The notes below the pieces were generated by a model. That model was not told where the DNA came from. It worked only from the letters and a program-made list of their open reading frames with translations, and made no database searches. From positions 49,114 through 85,498 of the forward strand of contig MGNS01000150.1 of assembly GCA_001795165.1 (NCBI GenBank): a stretch of DNA of 36,385 bases, written 5' to 3'. This DNA comes from Chloroflexi bacterium RBG_16_57_11. GTDB taxonomy: Bacteria; Chloroflexota; Anaerolineae; Anaerolineales; UBA4823. Shown in pieces: positions 17,980 through 25,939 of the stretch; within the stretch, counting starts at the first letter, position 1; each line of letters opens with the position of its first letter. The translations under genes were made by a program, and so were the position numbers.

Positions 17980-18010
17980 GCGTCCTCGCTTCACAGCGAG
18001 GATGCTTTTT
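17980..18010 (+). terminator. Intrinsic-terminator-like hairpin on the plus strand with no upstream plus-strand gene
   Basis: GCGTCCTCGCT-TCAC-AGCGAGGATGC forms an 11-bp stem (one G-U pair) followed by TTTTT. Confidence 0.5.
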
Positions 18011-18056
18011 CGACGCCTCTGATTAATATTATGCCAAAAAGTAATTCGTCAGCAAC

Positions 18057-18092
18057 ATGACATTTGTCATATAAAAACATGATAAATGTCAT
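18057..18092. promoter_or_regulatory. Two 14-bp near-palindromes (ATGACATTTGTCAT, ATGATAAATGTCAT), operator-like
   Basis: The sites lie at 18057-18070 and 18079-18092, centre-to-centre 22 bp, about 55-90 bp upstream of the rplU -35 box. Confidence 0.35.
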
Positions 18093-18144
18093 ATACCTTT
18101 TACAAGTATTTCGGTTGTCTCCCAAAAATTCCACCAACAAATCG

Positions 18145-18173
18145 TTGACATCTACCGACAACCTCGGTATAAT
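18145..18173 (+). promoter_or_regulatory. Sigma-70-type consensus promoter of the rplU-rpmA-rpmE operon
   Basis: TTGACA (18145-18150), exactly 17-nt spacer, TATAAT (18168-18173). Confidence 0.6.
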
Positions 18174-18179
18174 ACAGCC

Positions 18180-18353
18180 CGCATTGCCCCGGCAAGCATT
18201 GCTGGGGCACAATCTTGTATGCCTGGTTCGAGCCAGGCAATCACCCCCAACTTCCCCACACTGCTGCGGATGGGTTTCTGTGGCAAAGACGAGCGCTCTT
18301 TCCGGTGGCTCGGCGCGGCGTGTGTGGTGAAGTGAAGCTTGGAGGAGCTTATC
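18180..18353 (+). promoter_or_regulatory. Structured ~175-nt 5' leader of rplU (candidate ribosomal-protein autoregulatory leader)
   Basis: 10-bp hairpin GCCCCGGCAA/TTGCTGGGGC (18186-18208), 6-bp hairpin GCCTGG-TTCGAG-CCAGGC (18221-18238), and possible enclosing ATTGCC/GGCAAT pairing. It lies between the consensus promoter and the rplU SD. Confidence 0.35.
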
Positions 18354-18701
18354 ATGAAGTACGCGATCGTCGAAGATGGCGGCAAACAGTACAAAGCCGT
18401 CGAGGGTAGCTCCATCGATGTGGATTTCTACCCGGCAGAAATTGGCGAGCCGGTCGATCTGGAGCATGTGCTCCTGATCGCCGAGGAAGGCAATGTCAGC
18501 GTTGGCATGCCTTATGTGACTGGCGCGCGGGTACAGGCTAAGGTTGCGGAGCAAGTCAAAGGTCCGAAGCTGGTGGTCTTTCGCTACAAGCCTAAAAAAC
18601 GCATCCGCCGCAAGACCGGACATCGCCAGAAATACACCCGCTTGCAAATCGAATCGATTGCGATCCAAGGATCGTCGATCGATGGATCGAAGGAGAATTA
18701 A
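18354..18701 (+). CDS. rplU: 50S ribosomal protein L21
   Basis: [27 protein letters not shown]... is typical of L21. Confidence 0.95.
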   Translation: MKYAIVEDGGKQYKAVEGSSIDVDFYPAEIGEPVDLEHVLLIAEEGNVSVGMPYVTGARVQAKVAEQVKGPKLVVFRYKPKKRIRRKTGHRQKYTRLQIESIAIQGSSIDGSKEN

Positions 18702-18703
18702 CC

Positions 18704-18997
18704 ATGGCACACAAGAAAGGTGGCGGTTCCAGCCGCAACGGTCGAGACAGCCAAAGCCAACGCCTGGGCGTGAAGAAATATGGTGGTGAGAAGGTGCTCT
18801 CCGGGAATATTCTGGTGCGCCAGCGCGGCACACGCATCAAGCCTGGTCGCAATGTAGACATCGGCCGCGACGATACCCTTTTTGCTACCGCAAATGGCGT
18901 GGTAGTGTATGAAAACCTGCGCGATGATCGCAAGCGCGTCAGCGTCATTCCGGCGGATGAAATCCAGCCGAAGGCGCAGGCTGAGACAGCGAATTAA
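18704..18997 (+). CDS. rpmA: 50S ribosomal protein L27
   Basis: [29 protein letters not shown]... is the L27 signature. It starts directly at the mature N-terminus, and no Prp protease gene lies between L21 and L27. Confidence 0.95.
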   Translation: MAHKKGGGSSRNGRDSQSQRLGVKKYGGEKVLSGNILVRQRGTRIKPGRNVDIGRDDTLFATANGVVVYENLRDDRKRVSVIPADEIQPKAQAETAN

Positions 18998-19009
18998 AGG
19001 TATCTGATC

Positions 19010-19483
19010 ATGAAGAAAAACATCCATCCAAATTTTTTTACCGATGCACAGGTCATTTGCGCATGCGGGAACACCTGGACGACCGGCTCGACGCGCAAGG
19101 TCATCCGTACCGACGTATGCTCGAAATGTCACCCGTTCTTCACCGGTGAGCAACGCATCGTGGACACCGAAGGACAGGTGGATCGCTTCTATAAGAAATT
19201 GCAGGCCCGGCAGCAATACGTTGCAGAAGCCGAGGCCCGGCAAGCCGCGCGCACCTCCCTCGAGCGCCCGATCATTGAGCTCGAGCTGGGAACGCGTCCT
19301 ACGGAAGCACTCACTGCCGCTGGCGTCACCACTTTCGGTCACGCCTTAGAGCGCCTGGCAGAAGGCGAGGCGTCATTGCTGGCAATCGACGGCTTCGGAC
19401 GCAAAGCACTTTCTGATCTAAAGAAACGTCTGCGACAATTCGGCTACGAACTTCCGGAAGCGGCGCAAGAGATCAACGTTTAG
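19010..19483 (+). CDS. rpmE: 50S ribosomal protein L31 (type A, Cys4) with a C-terminal RNA polymerase alpha-CTD-like HhH extension
   Basis: Residues 1-64, [10 protein letters not shown]...CACGNTW...[28 protein letters not shown], are L31. Residues ~85-157, [26 protein letters not shown]...[26 protein letters not shown], resemble alpha-CTD. Confidence 0.9.
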   Translation: MKKNIHPNFFTDAQVICACGNTWTTGSTRKVIRTDVCSKCHPFFTGEQRIVDTEGQVDRFYKKLQARQQYVAEAEARQAARTSLERPIIELELGTRPTEALTAAGVTTFGHALERLAEGEASLLAIDGFGRKALSDLKKRLRQFGYELPEAAQEINV

Positions 19484-19519
19484 CCAGACGGTCATCTGCT
19501 CTACTCAGTTCGCTTCAGT

Positions 19520-19550
19520 AGCCGGGATCGATGATCCCGGCTATTGTATT
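19520..19550 (+). terminator. Rho-independent terminator after rpmE
   Basis: AGCCGGGATC-GAT-GATCCCGGCT forms a perfect 10-bp stem followed by ATTGTATTT. Confidence 0.7.
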
Positions 19551-19628
19551 TAAACCGCTGCCCGGGTGTGCCTCCCAGACCTAATCTGCGGTAAAATACA
19601 GCTTATTTCATTGCAGGCGAGGGAGAGC

Positions 19629-20201
19629 ATGAAGCACCATAGCGGGTCGATTGAAGTCATTACAGGGTCGATGTTCTGTGGCAAGACGGATGAGCTGATC
19701 CGCCGCTTGCGACGGGCAACCATCGCACGCCAAAAAGTCCAGGTGTTTAAGCCGGTCATTGACACGCGTTATGCCGTCGAGAAAGTAACCTCACATGCCG
19801 GCAGCGAGTTCGATGCACAGCCGGTGCAGATGGCTAAAGATATTTTGGATTTACTGGATCCAGACACCACCGTGGTAGGCATCGACGAGGCGCAGTTTTT
19901 CGATTCGGAGATCATCCCGATCGCTCAGAGGCTTGCCGATCATGGCAAGCGCGTCATTGTAGCCGGTTTGGACACCGATTTCCGCGGTGAGCCATTTGGC
20001 CCAATACCATTCTTGATGGCAAAAGCGGAGGTGGTCGACAAGCTTCATGCGATTTGCATGGTGTGTGGTGAAGCAGCCAGCCGCACCCAGAGGCTTGTAA
20101 ACGGCAAGCCAGCCAATTATCATGATCCGGTGGTGATCGTCGGTGCAGCAGAGCTCTATGAAGCGCGCTGCCGTAAGCACCATGAAGTGCCAAGTAAGTA
20201 G
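19629..20201 (+). CDS. tdk: Thymidine kinase
   Basis: The ATG at 19629 is preceded by GGGAGAG. P-loop [20 protein letters not shown], and a C-terminal Zn-ribbon CMVCGE...ARCRKHH. Confidence 0.9.
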   Translation: MKHHSGSIEVITGSMFCGKTDELIRRLRRATIARQKVQVFKPVIDTRYAVEKVTSHAGSEFDAQPVQMAKDILDLLDPDTTVVGIDEAQFFDSEIIPIAQRLADHGKRVIVAGLDTDFRGEPFGPIPFLMAKAEVVDKLHAICMVCGEAASRTQRLVNGKPANYHDPVVIVGAAELYEARCRKHHEVPSK

Positions 20202-20270
20202 GTTTAAAAGCGGCGATCGTAAGGGCGACCCCGACGAGGGCCTGTATTTTTAGATAGGATGGAGGCCAAG

Positions 20271-20825
20271 ATGCAGGATTATCGCGAATTCCTGGATGAA
20301 ATCCTGGTTGATGAAGAAACTTTGCAGCGCAGGATCGCAGAGTTAGGCATACAGATCAGCCGAGATTATCAGGGAAAATCGCTGCACTTGATTTGCATTC
20401 TGCGCGGCGGTGTGATGTTCCTGACAGACCTGATGCGCAGGATCTCGGTGCCCCATACAGTTGATTTCATGGCGGTCTCGTCTTACGGGTCGGCGCGGCA
20501 ATCTACAGGACAGGTGCGTATCACATTGGATCTTAAAGATGAAATTCACGGGCTGGATGTTTTATTGGTCGAAGATATCGTAGACAGCGGCTACACGATT
20601 GCCTCTGTGCTGGACCTGTTACGCACCCGTCACCCTCTCAGCCTGCGTGTGTGTACATTACTAGACAAACCCAAGCGGCGTGAAGTATCCGTGCCGCTGG
20701 ATTATTGCGGCTTTGTGATCCCCAATAAATTTGTCTTCGGTTATGGACTTGACCTGGATGAGTACTACCGCAACCTTCCTTTCATTGCCACGGTCAACTT
20801 GAAAAAGTACCATCCACAGGCATGA
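20271..20825 (+). CDS. hpt: Hypoxanthine(-guanine) phosphoribosyltransferase
   Basis: GGAGG lies 5 nt before the ATG at 20271 (alternative ATG at 20259). PRPP-binding motif VLLVEDIVDSGYT and KFVFGYGLDLDEYYRNLP. Confidence 0.9.
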   Translation: MQDYREFLDEILVDEETLQRRIAELGIQISRDYQGKSLHLICILRGGVMFLTDLMRRISVPHTVDFMAVSSYGSARQSTGQVRITLDLKDEIHGLDVLLVEDIVDSGYTIASVLDLLRTRHPLSLRVCTLLDKPKRREVSVPLDYCGFVIPNKFVFGYGLDLDEYYRNLPFIATVNLKKYHPQA

Positions 20826-22309
20826 GCTTCGACAAGTTAAATTCGCAAATTCTTGACCAAATCCTGGCGGTACTGCCCGCCGATATTCCAATTTACCTGG
20901 TAGGTGGAGCGGTGCGCGATCTGCTGCTCAACCGCCTCACCCATGATCTCGATTTTTTGGTCCCAGAAAACGCCATTCAGATCAGCCGAACGGTGGCGAA
21001 TTCGTTGAGCGGTGGGGTTTATGCGCTGGATCCGCAGCGTGATACCGGGCGGGTTATCATAACCACCCAGGCAAACGAGCGTTATTTTCTGGATTTTGCT
21101 TCTTTTCGCGGTGTCGATCTGGAAAGCGACCTGCGCAATCGTGATTTCACGATCAATGCAATCGCACTGGATATTAGAGAACCTGAGTCATTAATCGATC
21201 CACTGGGAGGGGCGAGGGATCTGCAAAACAAGCAGCTACGCCTCTGCTCACCGGCCAGCATTGAGAACGATCCGCTGCGAATCCTGCGCGGCGCTCGACT
21301 GGCCTCGGAATTCGATCTGAGGATTTTACCCGAGACCCGCCATAAGCTGCGGCAAGCCCTGCCTGGTCTTTCGAAAATATCCCCAGAAAGGGTGCGCGAT
21401 GAATTGTTTCGCATCCTGGATGGGCGCAAACCGGTCGTCGCCCTGCGGGCCTTAGATCTTTTGGGGGCGCTGAGCATTATCCTGCCAGAGCTGGATGCGC
21501 TGAAAGGTGTGACTCAATCTCCGCCACATCATGAAGATGTCTGGTCGCACACACTTAGCACAGTTCAAAGACTTACCGACCTGATCGACTTGCTGCAACC
21601 CGAATCCGATGGGGAGACCGCAGAGAACCTGGCGATGGGCCTGGTCTCGTTACGGCTTGGTCGGTACCGGCAGCAATTGAGCAACCACCTGACCGAAGGA
21701 CTGCACCCGGATCGATCATTGCGCTCGTTGCTTCTTCTGGCAGCCTTGTACCACGACGTGTCGAAGCCTGCTACTCGCCAGGTTGACCAGGATGGGCGGA
21801 TTCGATTTCTGGAACACGAGCAATTGGGCGCCCAGCTGGCTCACCGGCGCGGCAGCTTGCTGCATCTGAGTAATGCCGAGACTGAGCGCCTGACAACCAT
21901 CGTTCGCCAGCATATGCGACCGCTGTTGTTAGCTCAAACGGGAGAAGCCCCCACCCGCCGAGCGATATACCGTTTCTTCCGCGCCACCGGACCGGCTGGA
22001 GTGGATATCTGCCTGCTCTCGCTGGCTGATTCGTTGGCGACGTACGGCGTTGGCTTGCCACAGGAGATTTGGTCACGGCATTTGGATGTGATCCGATCTT
22101 TGCTGGAAGCCTGGTGGGAGCAGCCAGAAGAGAAAGTGACCCCACCGGCGCTGTTGGATGGTCACGACCTGATCCGGGCTTTTAATTTGTCCCCTGGACC
22201 TGAAATCGGCCGTTTACTGGAGCTCATCCGTGAAGCACAGGCAAGCGGCGAGATAACAGAACGAGCTGAAGCCCTGGATTACGCGCGCGCCTGGCTGGGA
22301 AAATCATAA
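20822..22309 (+). CDS. cca: CCA-adding tRNA nucleotidyltransferase / poly(A) polymerase family protein with an HD domain
   Basis: YLVGGAVRDLLLNR...HDLDF head-domain motif, RDFTINA, and a later HD-domain region LAALYHDVSKP. ATGA overlap with the hpt stop. Confidence 0.85.
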   Translation: MSFDKLNSQILDQILAVLPADIPIYLVGGAVRDLLLNRLTHDLDFLVPENAIQISRTVANSLSGGVYALDPQRDTGRVIITTQANERYFLDFASFRGVDLESDLRNRDFTINAIALDIREPESLIDPLGGARDLQNKQLRLCSPASIENDPLRILRGARLASEFDLRILPETRHKLRQALPGLSKISPERVRDELFRILDGRKPVVALRALDLLGALSIILPELDALKGVTQSPPHHEDVWSHTLSTVQRLTDLIDLLQPESDGETAENLAMGLVSLRLGRYRQQLSNHLTEGLHPDRSLRSLLLLAALYHDVSKPATRQVDQDGRIRFLEHEQLGAQLAHRRGSLLHLSNAETERLTTIVRQHMRPLLLAQTGEAPTRRAIYRFFRATGPAGVDICLLSLADSLATYGVGLPQEIWSRHLDVIRSLLEAWWEQPEEKVTPPALLDGHDLIRAFNLSPGPEIGRLLELIREAQASGEITERAEALDYARAWLGKS

Positions 22310-22373
22310 CCGGCGCTCAGGATACGAGCGCTCAAATCGGATGCAAGATCAAAGGGGAAAAGCTTCAACTGGC

Positions 22374-22670
22374 TTAAGGATAAATCTCATCCAATACCGG
22401 CTGGTAAAAGCAGCGGCAGCCAAGAGAATGTGAGCAGCCTTCGATCGGCAAGTGTGGGGCCGACTCTTTGGCGTAGGCGCCTTCTGCTTGCCGGCAGACC
22501 GGACAACATTGGCCGCCAACCGAGATACGCACATAAATCACACGCGGGTTTTCTTGTAAGCGCTTAAGGGCTACAGCTGTATCGGACCATACCCACAAAT
22601 CGGCCCCGCAGCTTGGGCAACTGGCGGCTTCGTCAGACGCTGAGGCGTGGCACTTTGAGCAGATTTGCAC
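22374..22670 (-). CDS. Hypothetical double zinc-ribbon protein
   Basis: The GTG start is preceded by AGGAGGA (5-nt spacer). CSKCH...CPSCG and CCPVCRQ...CSHSLGCRC cysteine pairs. Confidence 0.6.
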   Translation of the reverse strand: MQICSKCHASASDEAASCPSCGADLWVWSDTAVALKRLQENPRVIYVRISVGGQCCPVCRQAEGAYAKESAPHLPIEGCSHSLGCRCFYQPVLDEIYP

Positions 22671-22757
22671 AGCGTTCCTCCTAAGAAGTTTGCCTTATTC
22701 TATCCCAACTAGGCTAAGCTTCAAAGGGGTAGAATGGGATCAGGGAAGGGAAATCAA

Positions 22758-23246
22758 CTAAACGAGATTAGAGCGAGCCAGATCGGCATCCGGGCGCGCT
22801 CGCCTCGCCAGCTTGTAAACAGAAGCGATCAGGACGCTGTTATGGATCGGCTTGTTCAAATAATCATCCACTCCCTCGTTCAGCGCCCGCTCGGTAATTC
22901 CTGGCCTTCCGTTCGCCGATAGCAGGAGGATCAATGATTGGCTGAAACTGCGGATTTCTCGGCAAACATTCAACCCATCCATTTCCGCAGACGCCAGATC
23001 AACAACAATCATATCTGGATTAAAGTGGCGAGCACGTTCAATGCCTTGTTCAGCCGAATGGGCTTCCATCAGTTCGAATGTGGCCGGTTCGAGCCAGGCT
23101 TTCAACGCTTGAACCGTTTCATGGGTGTCATCGACGACCAGAATTCGGATCGGCGCATTTGGGCTGCTTGAGGAAAACTGGTTTTGATTGTAGAACAACA
23201 TCGATAATTGCATTCTTACGGCTTCACTCCACGAAAATTTTTTCAT
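22758..23246 (-). CDS. Stand-alone response regulator receiver (CheY-like) protein
   Basis: IRILVVDD, the MIVVDLASAEMDG phospho-acceptor region and VDDYLNKP. The start is uncertain (ATG 23246 or GTG 23282). Confidence 0.8.
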   Translation of the reverse strand: MKKFSWSEAVRMQLSMLFYNQNQFSSSSPNAPIRILVVDDTHETVQALKAWLEPATFELMEAHSAEQGIERARHFNPDMIVVDLASAEMDGLNVCREIRSFSQSLILLLSANGRPGITERALNEGVDDYLNKPIHNSVLIASVYKLARRARPDADLARSNLV

Positions 23247-23492
23247 TGCCACCCACCCATTCAGATTGCGCTTATTATGCACTAAAACAAAAAAAGCTTA
23301 CCTTACAAACACTTTACAAAGCCGATTGCTCAAACTCGGATTTTCACAAAACAATAGTTACCTGGGTACTAATTGTAACAGGGCATGCTGATTGCTATCC
23401 TCCTCGCCAGGGAGCGCCGAATACAAAACATTTACCCACTGAAGTGTAAAGAGATATGATATGATACAAAAAATCTTCACTTGCAGTCATCT

Positions 23493-24653
23493 ATGAGCGC
23501 TCAAATCAATTGTCCCAATTGCGGTGAAACCGTCCAGCCGCAGCTGCGCTATTGCGAGCACTGTGGGGTAGATCTGGCGATGGCGGTTGTCCTGGCGGAA
23601 CAAGAGGCGTTGCTGCCCATTCGACAGGTCAGCGGCATGCCCTTAGCGCCCGAGATATTGGTACCCCGCATTGGGGAATACATGACCCAAAGGAACCTGA
23701 TTAAGCCCGAAGATCTCGATCGAGCCTTAAGCTATCAGAAAGAAAGGACCAAAATTGGGAACCCAATCTTACTCGGCCAGGCCATGCTTGAGCTTGGATT
23801 GGTCGACCGGGAAACGCTAGACCAGGTTGTAACTGCCCAGATTTTAGAGCTACAGAACGCCCTGGCCGAGGCCAACCGGACATTGAAACAACGAGTCCTT
23901 GAGCGAACGCTGGAGCTCCAAGGAGCTCTCGAACGCCTGTCTGAACTCAATGTCCTGAAAGCGAACTTTGTATCTAATATTTCTCACGAGCTGCGCACTC
24001 CCCTCACCCATATCAAAGGCTACTTGAATTTGTTGGCCGAGGGCGAGATGGGTCCACTGGGTCAATCTCAACAGGATGGAATCGATGTCATCCTGCGCGC
24101 CGAAGAGCGACTAGAACAATTGATTGAAGATTTGATCCAATTCTCGCTTGTATCGCGCGGCGGCATGAACTTAGACTTTGAGAAAGTGGATCTCTCTACA
24201 TTGATCAAAACCAGCCTCGATCGTATTTCGCCAAAAGCCAAGAAGCACGAGATTAATATCAATGCCAACCTGGCTGATAATCTTGCCCCAGTTCGTGCCG
24301 ACGAAGACAAGATCAATTGGGTATTACTTCAGCTCCTGGACAACGCAGTCAAATTTACCCCAAAGGGGGGTGACGTACTTGTAAAAGCCATTAACAATGT
24401 CGGATTTGTGAGCATCTCAGTAATTGACACCGGAATTGGCATACCCAAAGAGCGCCTTTCGGAAATCTTCGAGCCATTCCACCAGCTTGACGGATCATCA
24501 ACCAGGCATTATGGCGGGACCGGCCTGGGATTGACGATGGTGAGACGCATTATCGATGCGCATGGTTCGCAAATAAATGTAGGATCGGTCATCGGGGAGG
24601 GCTCGTGTTTCGAGTTCGCACTCCCTGCATACCACCCAAACCCAGGCGAATAG
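23493..24653 (+). CDS. Soluble sensor histidine kinase: N-terminal zinc ribbon + MshEN/T2SSE_N-like domain + coiled coil + HisKA + HATPase_c
   Basis: CPNCGE...CEHCG; tandem MshEN-like motifs; H-box SHELRTPLTHIKGY; N-box LLDNAVKFT; DTGIGI; GGTGLGL. No convincing TM helix. Confidence 0.85.
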   Translation: MSAQINCPNCGETVQPQLRYCEHCGVDLAMAVVLAEQEALLPIRQVSGMPLAPEILVPRIGEYMTQRNLIKPEDLDRALSYQKERTKIGNPILLGQAMLELGLVDRETLDQVVTAQILELQNALAEANRTLKQRVLERTLELQGALERLSELNVLKANFVSNISHELRTPLTHIKGYLNLLAEGEMGPLGQSQQDGIDVILRAEERLEQLIEDLIQFSLVSRGGMNLDFEKVDLSTLIKTSLDRISPKAKKHEININANLADNLAPVRADEDKINWVLLQLLDNAVKFTPKGGDVLVKAINNVGFVSISVIDTGIGIPKERLSEIFEPFHQLDGSSTRHYGGTGLGLTMVRRIIDAHGSQINVGSVIGEGSCFEFALPAYHPNPGE

Positions 24654-24687
24654 CGATAGAACAGTCTTACGCAGTGAGTCGGGAAAC

Positions 24688-25911
24688 ATGAACATTTACC
24701 GATCGAACACAGGCAGCTTACAACCAAAAGAACTTGAGGCGGTCTATGAAATCAGCAGGAGGGTGGCAGAAGCTGAAGATACAGAATCTGCGTTGGATGA
24801 GATCGTTCGCATAATCCGGCCTGTTTTCATTTTCGATAACGTGGTGTTATATATTTGCAGTCAAGACAATGAAACGTTGGAGCCAAGCTTTGCCCGCGCC
24901 ATCGGTCGCGGGCGCTTTCACGAGGCGGACATGGCCTGGGGCGAGGCGACTGCAAAACTGACCTACCGCGATCATCGGGTCGTCACCCAGACAGAGAAAT
25001 TAAAGATCGCAGAAGTTGACCGCACCAACCTGCGCTATTCCCTTGGATTACCTGTGCATCTAAGAGATCAAACGTTCGGCGCACTGGTATTTATCCGCTT
25101 CGGTGGGCCGGTATACCTGCCAGGGCACATCAACTTAGCGGAGTTTGTCGCCGGGCATGTGGCACAGTTATTGTATCGCCACCAGCTTGTCGAGCGGATT
25201 GCAGAGCTGGAAGCGCGCCGCCGGTTGGATATGTTGCAGGATGATTTTATCTCCACCATCTCACACGAGCTGCTTACCCCGCTTGGCTTCATCAAGGGCT
25301 ACACAACCACCCTGCTCCGCGAAGAAATCTCATGGGATGAAGACATGCGGCATGAGTTTCTTACAATCGTCAATGAGGAAGCTGACCGGTTACGCGAGCT
25401 GATCGATAACCTTTTGGATTCGTCCCGGTTACAAGCCGGTACACTTCGCATGAACTATCAGACCATCCGTCTGGATGCAATGTTGAAAGATATTTCGCTG
25501 CGCGCTCGCTCACGCAACGAAAACTTTGCAATCAACCTGGTGCTCAAAACAAGCAGCGTGCCGGTACAGGCTGACCCCACTCGCCTGGCGCAAGTATTTG
25601 ATAACATTCTAAATAACGCAATAAAATACGCACCCGGATCGCCGGTAACCATCACGCTGGATCGAAAGGATCGATTGGCAATCGTAGCAATTAGCGATAA
25701 AGGCTCAGGGATCGCCCCGCAACATTTGGAAAAACTCTTCCAACGTTTTTATCGTGTGCCAGAAAGCAGCACGGTAACCAGGGGTACAGGTCTTGGGCTG
25801 TACATCTGTCGTAAAATCATCCAAACCCACAACGGTGAGATCACGGCCGAGTCTGTGCTCGGCGAAGGGACCACTTTTTATATCAAATTGCCTCTGGTCG
25901 AGAACCCCTGA
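24688..25911 (+). CDS. GAF-domain sensor histidine kinase
   Basis: The N-terminal ~170 aa are GAF-like. H-box SHELLTPLGFIKGY, ILNNAIKYA, DKGSGI, GTGLGLYICRKI. Confidence 0.85.
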   Translation: MNIYRSNTGSLQPKELEAVYEISRRVAEAEDTESALDEIVRIIRPVFIFDNVVLYICSQDNETLEPSFARAIGRGRFHEADMAWGEATAKLTYRDHRVVTQTEKLKIAEVDRTNLRYSLGLPVHLRDQTFGALVFIRFGGPVYLPGHINLAEFVAGHVAQLLYRHQLVERIAELEARRRLDMLQDDFISTISHELLTPLGFIKGYTTTLLREEISWDEDMRHEFLTIVNEEADRLRELIDNLLDSSRLQAGTLRMNYQTIRLDAMLKDISLRARSRNENFAINLVLKTSSVPVQADPTRLAQVFDNILNNAIKYAPGSPVTITLDRKDRLAIVAISDKGSGIAPQHLEKLFQRFYRVPESSTVTRGTGLGLYICRKIIQTHNGEITAESVLGEGTTFYIKLPLVENP

Positions 25912-25939
25912 GAGGCGCATCTGAACGAAGGAGGTCAGA

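Noticed and set aside
18221-18238. GGTTCGAG hairpin resembling a tRNA T-arm
   Set aside because: The loop is 6 nt rather than 7. No acceptor, D or anticodon arms can be drawn around it, and it sits inside the rplU leader. It is not a tRNA gene.
17991-19342. Long minus-strand ORFs (17991-18833, 280 aa; 18592-18948; 18698-19342, 214 aa) opposite rplU-rpmA-rpmE
   Set aside because: They lie antisense to unmistakable ribosomal protein genes. Their translations are Arg/Ala/Gly-rich and low-complexity, with no recognisable motifs or SD. These are typical shadow ORFs of GC-rich coding sequence.
21082-22145. Minus-strand ORFs 21082-21477 and 21771-22145 inside cca
   Set aside because: They are Arg/Ser-rich shadow ORFs antisense to a well-supported CCA-adding enzyme gene.
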